From Anthoceros angustus (lineage: Eukaryota > Plantae > Anthocerotophyta): DNA of 64,000 nucleotides. This document shows positions 52,908 to 64,000 of the stretch, in pieces. How positions within the stretch are numbered: position 1 is the first letter of the stretch; every line of letters begins with the position of its first letter. The stretch is taken from the NCBI GenBank assembly GCA_010909165.1, contig VJWM01000126.1:558001-622000 (forward strand). The letters run 5' to 3'. Under the pieces are notes generated by a model. That model saw only the letters and a list, made by a program, of their open reading frames with translations. It did not search any database and was not told where the DNA came from. The position numbers and the translations under genes were made by a program.

Positions 52908-53347
52908 TATCCTAACAATTTGAGGTGCGGAAGGATTCGGAATGCAAAACAACCCGATTCTGAAGGGTCTAGTTCTAGTGAGCAAGTCAATCGTCACGAA
53001 TGTGGCTCGAGTAGTATTTGCGCTTAGCGGAAGATGTAAGTGTATTCATGCATGAGGAAAATCTATTTGTTCTTTGAAAATGTTTTGATATTGTGAGTTA
53101 TGTACAGCGTGGTCAATGTCCCTTACAAGTGCAACGCATTGAGAATGGTAGCAATAATAAGTTTGTGGTATTTTTTAATCGTGTCTTCATTACGTAATGT
53201 GTTCTCCTCCCATTTTAATTGTCGGTCTTCTTGGCATTGCTACCCCAGAGTATCCATCATGAAAGTAGACCCTTCAACGTATGAACCAAATTTTCCTTAT
53301 GGTGACTACCTCAAAGTTATTAATGCAAGTTCTAAGTTCAATGGGTC

Positions 53348-53765
53348 TGCAAGAGGTAAGCACTTGAATTCATGTAAGCACTTTCCAACAACCAAGCGAA
53401 CAAATCCGTCTGGCGAGATATATAGGTGCAACCAGAACAATGCTTTGTTCAGTGATCGCCGGACCTTGACCCTTACTGCGAGGATAGTCCTTGACTCCCA
53501 ACTGCGATGACAAGGTCCACGGTTGCCAAGACAACTCAAATGGGACAACCCTATCATGCGAACATCCATCGGCGCCGGTGGTAACCCTTCACGGCTCCCA
53601 CGTCGGAGGTTGGGTACTCCCCATCAAGTCTCTTACGCTTGACCTGATCGCTTTTGGATCCGGGTCACAATGCGTATCTTAGCACTTTGATGCCACACTT
53701 TGTGCTTCAAGCGATGCGATGCCTCCAAAGAGTTCCACGAGCACTATGCCGTCTTCAGGTCGCCA
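53348..53765 (-). pseudogene. DNMT3-like domain, N-terminal half
   Basis: WRPEDGIVLVELFGGIAS.LEA (motif I, in one frame), CGIKVLRYA.CDPDPKA (II) and VDLVIA(G)WE(C)QGLSS..KGQG (IV, with indels). Confidence 0.8.
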
Positions 53766-56419
53766 TGATGACACAGGTGTTTAGGTCTAAGCAGGCTCAA
53801 CCCTAGGCAGAACTTACGGTTCTCGGCTCATAGGACTGGTCCTCTTGCACCATCCTCCACAGCTTTTGCGGCTCATTCTGCGATCACCGGCTCCGTCCGG
53901 TGACTTGAAGAACCTCCTCAGGGTGGTTGCAACCCTAGCTTGTTTTCCTCCTCCTCGTCGAAATCCTCCATCGGTCGATTCGGTTGTTAGACACACGCCA
54001 AGAGGTTCAAGCACGTATGGCGTGTCCTTCACTCGCCAAACCGGGTGAGCCATTGGCAATGAGGTTCTCATGATCCTTGCCATGATGTAGAGGGATGCGG
54101 GCAATCCGTTCATCGGTTTTGCTCCAGCTTCTCCGGCTGATCGATATAGGTCTCCGTCCACAAATCCACCATGACTCGAGGTTTGTACAAAGCGTCCGCT
54201 CCCGGCAAGACATCAAAAGTGTATGCGCATCGGTGACCAAGCGGTGTACCTCGACAAAGGTGAAGTCTGCTGTTCTTGGTTTGAATGAAACCTTGCTTGT
54301 ACCTTGTCACCCCAACACATGCTCGTGGTCCCAGTGATGCGGATCTTCCACTTGGTTTCCTTCAACCTTTCTTGGTGGAGACCCAACGCTTCCTTCACTC
54401 TTCTTCCAACGATCGTGCTCGGTGTCAATCAACACCCTCCTTGGTGCGAATCCATTGATTTCAATGTGCCTCTCGATTGTTGACCAAAGCCACTCCCACT
54501 CGTGCGTTAGCTTCCGAGATGCTTGGCTCGAGGTCGGCAATGACATCATTGCCACTGTTGTGGCACATTGTCGACACTTGCTTCGCCTTCAAGGGTTGTC
54601 AACATCCGCCGAGTCAAACCCCGACTTCCTTCACGCTCAACCCCATGTCTTGTAATGAAACATGGCATCTCGAAGCTTTTGTGCCATCGTCTCGTCAATC
54701 GCATGGGTTTCTCCACATCGCCCACTCTGGACTTTGATGTTGCTCCCAGTTGCTCTGGCAATGGCTCAAACGACTTTGGCATCTTGGCATAGGTTCGGAA
54801 GAGGATCCGAAGCTTCCTTCCGTGTCTTCCGTGACCGGTGTCAAGACATCCTCTTCTTCCTCTGAGCTATCTTCTCTCGTAGAGGTTTCTTCCTGCCCTT
54901 GGATCTCACGATCGCCATGTATCCAAGCTTGTGCTCATCTTCTTCGTCCTCGATGATGAGCTGCTCTCCTTGATCTTCGCCTTCACCAACTTCTCCGGCT
55001 TTTGCAAGGCGTGCCACGTGGTATCGTCTTCTTTGATGCTTCCGTTTCTTTTGTCCACGGGACTTCTTGGGTGCCTCCTCCACGGCGCCTTTGCTCTTGA
55101 TTTTGTGGATGAGGTTGGCGGATGCATTGGCGGGGTTCTGCTCGATAACCGTGAGCGCAATTCGGATGCTTCTCCCAACATGCCGCTTCATTGTGCGTAC
55201 CTCCACACCTAGGGCATGGCTCCACCCTTGACTCAATGCATGCTCGCACTCATGAGGGAATGGTCCGTCCTCGGCACCTCGGGGGCTCCACTTGGGGCTG
55301 TGGGTGGCTTGTCTCAGCTCCTCCACTCGACCTCCGCGTCGGTCATGTCGTCCACCACTCCTACTTGTCTTGGAGTAATCACTTGCAACCACGAGAAAGT
55401 GTCATGGGCCCTATCTTGTCGACCATCTCGTACACTTCCTTGAGGGTGTAGTGTTGCCCCTTCGTCGCGTGCACGCTTGTTGCACCTTCATGCATGCATG
55501 TATGCTGCAAGTACTTCTGCTGACGATCGGTCCTCATGATCTTGGTGTCACGTACCAGGTCGATTCTTGATAAGCCATCTTGCGGTCTCGCGACTTCATC
55601 TTGAAGTGTGTCATTTCGGAGATCTTCTCAGTGCTTGCGAAACTCCGTAGGAAGATGTCAAACATCTCTTGATGGGATCGTGCCCACTCGGACTGCTTGC
55701 TCTGCCTGGTTCCGAGCTTGAGCGCTACTACTCCTGGTCCTCCATGTGCTCAACAACCTCGCCTTGTGCTCGCGATAACACGCCAATGCTTCATCCCCAA
55801 GTACTTGGCATTTGGATGGAAGTATCGCTTCGTATCCGGTCTTCAATTCCATCTCCGCACACGCATGCTTCTCGATGAAGTCCTCCGGTGGCAAGGTGCC
55901 GCTCGTCCATGAACAACTCCATTCGATCCTTGTCTCCTCCCATCTTGGCGACTCCAAAGACAAGTCCTCCTCATCGCTTCCAGTTGTCCGGCGCACTAAC
56001 GTGTCTTGTGTGTTGCCACTCACGGATCCTTCAAAGATTGTTGATTGTGTCATGGGTTCCTCGCGTCCTTGTGGTACCAAAATCGGTGTTAGCACTTCTC
56101 TCTCTTGGTCGGGACTTGAATTCGCTCGATGGACTTTTGGTTGGTAGCTCCGTCCGGATCGAGTGTGTCGAGCATGCACTCCAGGCGGTTAGTGGCTAGA
56201 TCAAACCCTTAATCAAGGTTAACACACCCGCTATCTTAGATCGTGATTAGTGAAACCTCTAAGTATCTATGCATGTTAAAATCGCATACAAATACTCTGC
56301 AGGCTATCTTAAAAATGTGAGCTGGGTGAGTTGGATAGCAAAGGCATAGAACTCAGTTAAGCACCGTGGGGTGGATCAGTACTGGATGGGGTGCCGACTA
56401 GGACTTTTGGACAGAAAGT

Positions 56420-57503
56420 GAAATCAAATGGGTGATGACATACCCATGTCTATCCGCTTCCCTTATCCCTTGGAATCAGGGCCCAAGAGTAAAATACTCT
56501 TGTTTCTCCTTGGTTGGTTGGCCTTAAAGGCCAGCCCCCTTGTGGCCTCATTCCTCTCCTTGGTATGGGCTTCTTCGCCTTCTTCGCCTCCTCTCCTTGG
56601 CCTTGGACTTGGGCTTCTTCGCCTCCTCTCCTTGGCCTTGGACTTGGGCTTCTTCGCCTCCTCTCCTTGGCCTTGGACTTGGGCTTCTTCGCCTCCTCTC
56701 CTTGGCCTTGGACTTGGGCTTCTTCGCCTCCTCTCCTTGGCCTTGGACTTGGGCTTCTTCGCCTCCTCTCCTTGGCCTTGGGCTTGGTCCCCTCTCTAGG
56801 CCTCAAGCCTTGGGCACACTTTAGAGAGTCCCTTGCCTACTTGCTTAAAGAGCTAGCGTCGCCTCGCGTAGCCTCGCCTAGCACGGCCTAGCATCGCCTA
56901 GCATCGCCTAGCATCGCCTAGCATCGCCTAGCATCACTGGCTAAGCTAGTGCTGGTGGCACACAGGATCATAGCTTGTAACAGGAGGGAGTAGCTGCGTG
57001 GCACAAACACACTCTCCCACGAGAACAACACGCAAATTCCTCACACATCGCTCTCGGGGTCATAGCTTTGGCCTCCTCACAACCTCTTGCATTGCATAGA
57101 GGACAAGCTATGATCGAGCTCCTCAATGGAAGGGTCTATATATACTAGACCTGGCATCGGCATATTCCTAAGATATCCTATTGGCATCGTATGCGGAAAT
57201 ATCCTAAGAATACACTATAATATGCAAGGAATATGCCAAAGCATATTACTTGAGCTTATCCACTTAGCTATTGTATCCTAAGAATACACTATAATATGCA
57301 AGGAATATGCCAAAGCATATTACTTGAGCTTATCCACTTAGCTATTGCTAACCATGTTTAATTAACACTAATCAATGCTTAATTAACATAAGCACATTAG
57401 ATTAATTAACACTAATTACTTACTTAAAGATAAGTAATTAGATTAACTAATGCTAATCAAACACTAAACCCAAGTGCGGAGATTAGTATCACACGGCATG
57501 ACA
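56420..57503 (-). repeat. 5' terminal repeat of Gypsy element 2, with internal 35-bp (56579-56782), 10-bp (56885-56935) and ~73-bp (57200-57346) tandem repeats
   Basis: Ends at the conserved terminus; TATATATA at ~57137. Confidence 0.7.
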
Positions 57504-57917
57504 GGTCCTTTTGGATGATCTGTTTTAACCCTATTTTGTGGCTCTTATTGGCAGGTGAAGGACTTTGGAGCCATGGATGTTGATAAAGTGGTTGAAAGCA
57601 ATGCTCAGGATCTGCAGATCGATAATAGTAGACCATCCACAGGGTCTTTCATTCAAATTCAATATGTTGACAAGGTTAAGTGTTTGCCTGATTGTTCTCC
57701 GTCCTTCCTATTCCATTTGGAGTTGGTCTGATTTTGTGCTTGCTGGCAGATTTCAAACCCATCCACTAAAGATGCAATTCCAGCCACCAGTTTGAGCAGC
57801 CTTACAGTTCCACATTTCAACATTGATGAAGCTCATTCACTGTGTAGGTCTGTTGGCCCCTCGGTTGGAGGCTATTGTGCCAAGTGATTGCGACGAGACA
57901 TCGAAGTGCAGCAGGAC

Positions 57918-59315
57918 TGATGACATACCCATGTCTATTTCCCTTATCCCTTGGAATCAGGGCCCAAGAGTAAAATACTCTTGTTTCTCCTTGGTTGGTT
58001 GGCCTTAAAGGCCCCCTGTGGAGCCTCATTCCTCTCCTTGGCCTTGGGCTTCGCCTCCTCCTCTCCTTGGCCTTGGGCTTCTTCTCCTTGGCCTTGGGCT
58101 TCTTCTCCTTGGCCTTGGACTTGGGCTTCTTCGCCTCCTCCTTGGCCTTGGACTTGGGCTTCGCCTCCTCCTGGCCTTGGGCTTGAGCTTCTTCTCCTCC
58201 TCTCCTTGGCCTTGGGCTTGGTCCCTCTCTGGGCCTCAAGCCTTGGGCACACTTAGAGTCCCTTGCTTGCTTAAAGAACTAGCGTTGCCTCGCGTAGCCT
58301 CGCCTAGCACGGCCTAGCATCGCCTAGCATCGCCTAGCATCGCCTAGCATCGCCTAGCATCGCCTAGCATCGCCTAGCATCAGCCTATCTGGTGTCCGCG
58401 ATCATAGCTTGTAACAACGGAGGGAGCTTGCGTCGTGCACACACTCTCCCCGAACAACACGATTCCTCACACATCGCTCTCGAGTCATAGCTTTGGCCTC
58501 CTCACAACGCTCTTGCATTGCATGCTCTGAGGCTATGATCAGCTTGTCCTCAATGGAAGGGTCTATATATAGACTGGCATCGGCATATTCCTAAGATATC
58601 CTATTGGCATCGTATGCCGGAAATATCCTAAGAATACACTATAATATGCAAGGAATATGCCAAGCATACTTGAGCTTATCCACTTAGCTATTGTATCCTA
58701 AGAATACACTATAATATGCAAGGAATATGCCAAAGCATATTACTTGAGCTTATCCACTTAGCTATTGCTAACCATGTTTAATTAACACTAATCAATGCTT
58801 AATTAACATAAGCATTAGATTAATTAACACTAATTACTTACTTAAAGATAAGTAATTAGATTAACTAATGCTAATCAAACACTAAACCCAAGTGGAGATT
58901 AGTATCACCACGGCGGGTCCTTTTGGATGATCTGTTTTAACCCTATTTTGTGGCTCTTATTGGCGGGTGAAGGACTTTGGAGCCATGGATGTTGATAAAG
59001 TGGTTGAAAGCAATGCTGGGATCTGCGGATCGATAATAGTAGACCATCCATGGTCTTTCATTCAAATTCAATATGTTGACAAGGTTAGGTGTTTTGATTG
59101 TTCTCTCCTTCCTATTCCATTTGGAGTTGGTCTGATTTTGTGCTTGCTGGCAGATTTCAAACCCATCCACTAAAGATGCAATTCCACCACGTTTGAGCAA
59201 TAGGTTCCACATTTCAACATTGATGAAGCTCTGATCCCTGTTGTAGATGCAGTGGCCCCTCAGTTGGAGGCTATTGTGCCAAGTGATTGCGACGAGACAT
59301 CAGAAGTGCAACAGG
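57918..59315. repeat. Tandem duplicate of 56433-57917 (terminal repeat plus host flank)
   Basis: Restarts at tgatgacatacccatgtc and includes the same junction to ggtccttttggatg. Confidence 0.85.
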
Positions 59316-60605
59316 ACAGAATTGTGGCTATATCGCCTTTATATCTAGATATCGTAGTGCAGCGTGGGACTGAGAATGGAAATTCAAGCAAGTTTGAGCG
59401 GCGTCTTGCTGAGATCTCCCGAGAACGGGAGTTGGAGTTTTATGGAGAAATAGGAAAGGGGTTTCAACGGCAAAAGATTTAGAGGTATTGATTGGTAGGT
59501 ACAAAGCTGTTGAACCGTGAGTGTCCAAGCAAGAGAAAGGTCCCGGAGGAGGAGGCGAAAAAATGTGGAAAGGAGACAAGAACACTTCAAACATCAAGAA
59601 AAACTCAAGCGACACGGAAAGAGCAATAGGACATGAAGGCTATGTGGAAAGGCAATAGAATCAAAAGATTGATAATGGGGCTCGAGGGGTCTCCACTTGC
59701 CCACGAAAAACCGTCGGGATCGATAAGTGATCTTATCTTCCCTTTATTACTTTCGGTGAAAACTAATGTTTGTGTTTGATTATGTTGTTACCTTACAGGA
59801 AGATGAAGAATTTCTTCGAAGCCCTCGGCTTCATCAACTTCCGGAACTATGATAATGTTGGACAAGTTGTGCGATCAAAACAAGTGGTCGTGAAAATTAT
59901 ATTTTCAATTTCTACAATTATACTGATCAATTTTCCAAAATAAGGTAAATATCTTTGCTTAAGTATATGTGCCTCTATTACGAATCGTTCGATGTCCCTA
60001 GTTATATGCTTAATTTACATTGTTTATGTAGGTTTAGTATTCCAATAATGGGGTCAATCTATTATGGTATTTACTCTATATTTTTAATTTTATTTCATAC
60101 CATTCTAGATATATAGGTAACTTTGCAAAGAATAAATTTATTTGTCGGTTTCTTGTAAATCCTGGATCCGCATGAATATTACTTAATGGAATATGTTTTC
60201 TTGCCAAATTAGCGATTTTGGTCGGATTTCTAGTCAATGATCTTCTATTTAGATTTACCTAATATTCACCTGGTTACCCATTTTTCCAACTCTGCTGTCC
60301 TGATTTCAACATTGATGGTGAAATATTTTCACCTATCAGTGCATATTTTCTATTCTATTGTAATAAATTTGATCCTACTCAGCAAAATAATGATCTTCAA
60401 TTTACCTCCTCCACCCTGGAAGAAAATCGAGCGAGCACGTCGAGGCCCCATCCGAGGCCGCGACTTTACATACTGAAAGCAGAGTGTTTCCGCTCCACAA
60501 ACGGTTACGCTTTCCCGCACCTCACGCTCCTTCCTGCAATATTAAATCCTCACGATCCCATCCAACTTTCAACATCCGATTTGAGTTTAATTTGGGGTCC
60601 CCGAG

Positions 60606-60804
60606 GTGGGGTGCGCCAGGCAATGGAAGTAGTGCAAGCCCAAAGCGACGCTCGAGAAGCCGTGGAAGCAAGCTACCACATAAAGCTCCTCGCCCCGAAA
60701 GAAATTAGATCAATATCGTGTGGGTCGATGACCCACGTATCAGATATTAAACTGATAAGAACAGATACTACACTTGATCTTAGCCAAAAGGCCGAGAAAG
60801 GTAT
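60606..60804 (-). ncRNA. U2: U2 snRNA, mostly type A, with intact promoter
   Basis: Canonical plant U2 5' half, branch-point pairing GTAGTA and stem IV. Confidence 0.95.
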
Positions 60805-61108
60805 GCCTTCCTTTCGCAGGTCAGGGTCTATATGGGCCAGAGGCGTTAGGGTGTGTTCCCTACCGATATGGGGTAATACCCTATATGGTTATCGTTTCGT
60901 TTGACACTAGGTGGTCTTGAGGTCCTCTCAACGCTTTGCTTCTATGTTTTTTTCATGGGTACCCAATAAGAAACCGTCTCCACTATCCTTCATCGCTAGT
61001 ATGTTGTGGGCATCTGCTACATTCTGTTGTTTTAGTCTCGTCTTCAAACTGTGGCCCTGAACGATGGCCACAGTGTGGCAACCGGACCCGTTGTTGTGAA
61101 CCCAACAA

Positions 61109-63703
61109 ATGGGTGTGTCTACAGGGGTTCTACGAGGAGCTCCCGCTCAGCTCACTTTTGGGATTCAAGCCTCGGCAAACAACCAAGCCTCCAGGTGCAG
61201 CAGTGTAAGGAGCCCAGCAGTTCCACTTCCCAGAAAATTTGTGGGTTGGGACGGGGTTTCCAGCGATGGCCGTCTCCAGGAGCAGGAGCAGTTGTGGCAA
61301 CAATCTTTTCTGGATCCTACAATGTGGTGGGACAACAGACGAGATAAGTGGAGCTCCCGTGCGCCTGACTTCCGGCATAAGGGGTCCGGGGAGGTCCTGT
61401 GGTTAAACAGCATGTTCAAGCCAGCGTGGGTCGATGAGCAGCTCGTTTCCTTGGATATGCAGATGGGTCATGATGCCTCTCCTTCCAAGTCCAGCTCTCC
61501 GGATAAGGCTGAACCTTGCAGGCGTGCAGGATCGTAAGGGCAGGAACCGTGAACATGTTATGTAAGGAGGGGAAGCTTTCTGAGGCCGTTGGAGCCCTGG
61601 AATCTCTGGTGCAAACAGACTCTCCTGTTTCTCAGTCTCTGTTGCACACTGTGCTAAAACTTTGTATAGCTAAGAAGGATATGGTTATGGGCCGACGAGT
61701 TCATGACCTCACTGTCGAACTTGGTTACGAGTCGAATGCATACTTGGGGAACCATATCTTGCGCATGTATGCAGGTGGAGGTACGCTAGAGGAGGCCATG
61801 GATGTGCTCACCAAGGTGGGCAAACCAGATGCCTTCATGTGGTCTTCCATTATCTCTGCATACACTAAGCACGGGAAACCTATTGAGGCCGTAAAACTGT
61901 ACCATGAGATGCGTAGGTCAGGAGTGAAGGCGGATGCTCACGTCTTTGTAGCTGCCCTTCAAGCTTGTGCATTTGCTGCCGACTTGGAATCTGGCAGAAA
62001 AGTGCACTGTGATGTGTTGCACAGTGGCATTCCTCCTGACTTGTTTGTTGGCACCTGCCTGGTGGACATGTATGCAAAATGTGGTGAACTGAAAGATGCA
62101 CGCCAGGTTTTTGACAGCATGGCCACAAAGGATGTGGTGACATGGAATGCCCTGATTGCTGGGTATGCACAGCAAGGACTCGGCCAAGAGGCGCTTGTTG
62201 TGTATGGACAAATGGAGGAGGAGGGCCTTATTTTGGCTGACCATGTTACTTGCCTTCTGAAGGCCTGTGCAAGCACTGGTGCCTTACAGAAGGGCAGGCA
62301 GCTGCACTCACAGATTGTCGAAAGAGGACTGCTGGATGACGTAGTGTGGCAACTGCCTGGTGGACATGTATGCAAAATGTGGTGAACTGAAAGATGCACG
62401 CCAGGTTTTTGACAGCATGTTGGCATGAAGGGTATGCAAAATGTGGTGAACTGGAAGATGCACGCCAGGTTTTTGACAGCATGGCCACAAAGGATGTGGT
62501 GACATGGAACGCCCTGATATCTGGGTATGCACAGAAAGGACTCGGCCAGGAGGCGTTTGTTGTGTATGTACAAATGGAGGAGGAAGGCCTCATTTCGGCT
62601 GACCGTGTTACTTTTGCTTGCCTTCTGAATGCCTGTGCAAGCAGTGGTGCCTTAGAGAAGGGCAGGCAGCTGCACTCAGATTGTCGAAAGAGGACTGCTG
62701 GATAAGTGGTGGGCACCTGCCTGGTGGACATGTATGCAAAATGTGGTGAACTGGAAGATGCACGCCAGGTTTTTGACAGCTATGGCCAGAAATGATGTGG
62801 TGACATGGAATGCCCTGATATTTGGGTATGATACTTGTGATGATAGTCACAGAGCACTAGCTTGTTTTAAGGAGATGTTAGTTGCCGGTATTCAGCCTAA
62901 TGAGGTGACTTTTACTTGCCCTCTAGCAGCATGCAGTCATGAGGGACTGGTCCAGGAGGGTCTTCGATTCCATGGCTGAACATCATGGCATCAAACCTAG
63001 TGTTGAACATTACATTTGCATGATTGACCTGCTTTGGCGTGCAGGCCATCTAGATGAGGCAGAGGACATGCTCTTATCATGTGAGAACCAAAGTAATCTT
63101 GTGGGGTTGACCACTTTGCTGGCTGCCTGCAAAAGTCATGGTGATGTAGAGAGGGCTACGCGGTGCTTTGAAAGCCTTGTAAAACTGGACCCTCAGCGGG
63201 CGTCCACATATACGCTCATGGCCCAAGCGTATGCAGATGCAGGTATGTGGACGGATGTAGAGACGATTGAAGCACAGAGAATGGTTGCAGGAGCGAACAA
63301 GTAACCTGCAGTGGCAACCATCGAGGTGAAGGAGCAGGTTCATACATTTCTGGTGGGAGAAAGAAGAGAGGATATTGCGCCTACAGTAGAGATCACGAAT
63401 CCACGACTGAAGCAGGAAGGTGGCCACGTACCCCACACAAAGTTGGTGTTGAAGCCACTGGGTGAGAAGGAAAAGGAAGATGCGCTATGTGGGCAAGCTG
63501 AGAAGCTAGCTCTGGCGTTTGGTCTGTTGAACACTCCGAGTGGCACACCTCTGGTGGTGACGAAGAATCTACGCATATGCAGTGACTGCCACAGTTCCAC
63601 GGAGATCATGTCAAGGCTTGAACAGAGAGACATTGTTGTAAGGGATGGGTACCGTGTGCATCGATTTGCAAATGGTTGTTGCAGTTGTAAGGGTCGACCG
63701 TGA
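61109..63703 (+). pseudogene. PLS-class PPR-E-DYW:KP (GRP-type) RNA editing factor with N-terminal PDF motif; frameshifts and one in-frame stop as assembled
   Basis: PLS repeats (LVDMYAKCG.L.DARQVFDSM..KDVVTWNALI), E domain (HYICMIDLL.RAGHLDEAE), DYW-like domain with LVLKPL, GQAEKLALAFGL, KNLRICSDCH and terminal CSCKGRP. Start codon uncertain. Confidence 0.9.
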
Positions 63704-63969
63704 CAGTAACCTCTTGAAGAACTGATGGCCAGTGCCTCAAGTGTGTCGCCAGAGAATATTGCTCTCCCTTGAGGCTGAATCGGGTTGATTAACCCCGTCC
63801 CTGTTCAAACTGGGACAGGGACACGTGAAGAAATTGAGCTGATTGCAAGTGGGAATGGGCCTTTATCAAATGTGTTCTGATTTAAGGGAGAAGGATGCAC
63901 CTGCCATGGTGTAAAAGAATTAGTAAAAATTATTTTATTTATATTTTCTTTTATCCTTTGGCGTCAACC

Positions 63970-64000
63970 GGGCATTTGGTCTAGTGGTATGATTCTCGCT
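63970..64000 (+). tRNA. tRNA-Pro, 5' part (anticodon outside the window)
   Basis: GGGCATTTGGTCTAGTGGTATGATTCTCGCT matches plant cytosolic tRNA-Pro; CAA and an AT-rich tract lie upstream. Confidence 0.88.

Larger units (their letters stand above)
53348..57503 (-). mobile_element. Second Gypsy-type element (gag-PR-DNMT), truncated inside the DNMT domain
   Basis: Terminus CGGCATGACA identical to element 1; knuckle CPRCGGTHNEAACW; protease RVLIDT(G); flanked by GGTC on both sides. Confidence 0.8.
46223..61030. repeat. Array unit 3 (with insertions; one U2, no expansin)
   Basis: Colinear with unit 2 up to the first U2, then runs into the PPR gene. Confidence 0.85.

Noticed and set aside
56428-56891. 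Leu/Pro/Trp-rich or Lys/Arg-rich ORFs
   Set aside because: Translations of a 35-bp tandem repeat inside a terminal repeat.
57918-58915. Independent solo LTR
   Set aside because: Carries the same right host junction as 57503; a duplicate of that junction, not a new insertion.
61516-63304. Firm pseudogene status from frameshifts
   Set aside because: Indels are pervasive and differ between near-identical repeat copies, so gene integrity cannot be judged without polishing; the pseudogene labels mean 'as assembled'.

Overview
Repeat-rich eukaryotic nuclear DNA from a seed-free land plant. A PLS-PPR gene ending in a DYW:KP domain with a GRP C-terminus points to a U-to-C editing lineage, hornwort-like (inference). 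The backbone is three tandem copies of an ~11.65 kb unit: CACTA-type terminus, two decayed multi-exon genes, a CRE-like RT fragment, U2 snRNA, a beta-expansin remnant, a second U2 and an inverted PPR 5' fragment; unit 3 has only one U2 and no expansin. Units 1 and 3 carry retroelement insertions. Main finding: two related minus-strand Ty3/Gypsy elements (2349-13759 and 53348-57503) encode a DNMT3-like C5 cytosine methyltransferase in pol, downstream of the protease. The complete element also has a PHD finger after integrase, an extra 3' ORF, a 4-bp TSD, no recognisable PBS or PPT, and split direct repeats (A...B-A-B) instead of two LTRs. Second finding: the PPR-DYW:KP gene has an N-terminal OSB-type PDF ssDNA-binding motif. 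Also present: a truncated Copia element, LTR-like inserts, five U2 genes and the 5' part of a tRNA-Pro. The sequence is indel-rich with many local duplications, so many frameshifts may be long-read consensus errors. All proteins were reconstructed by eye across frames.
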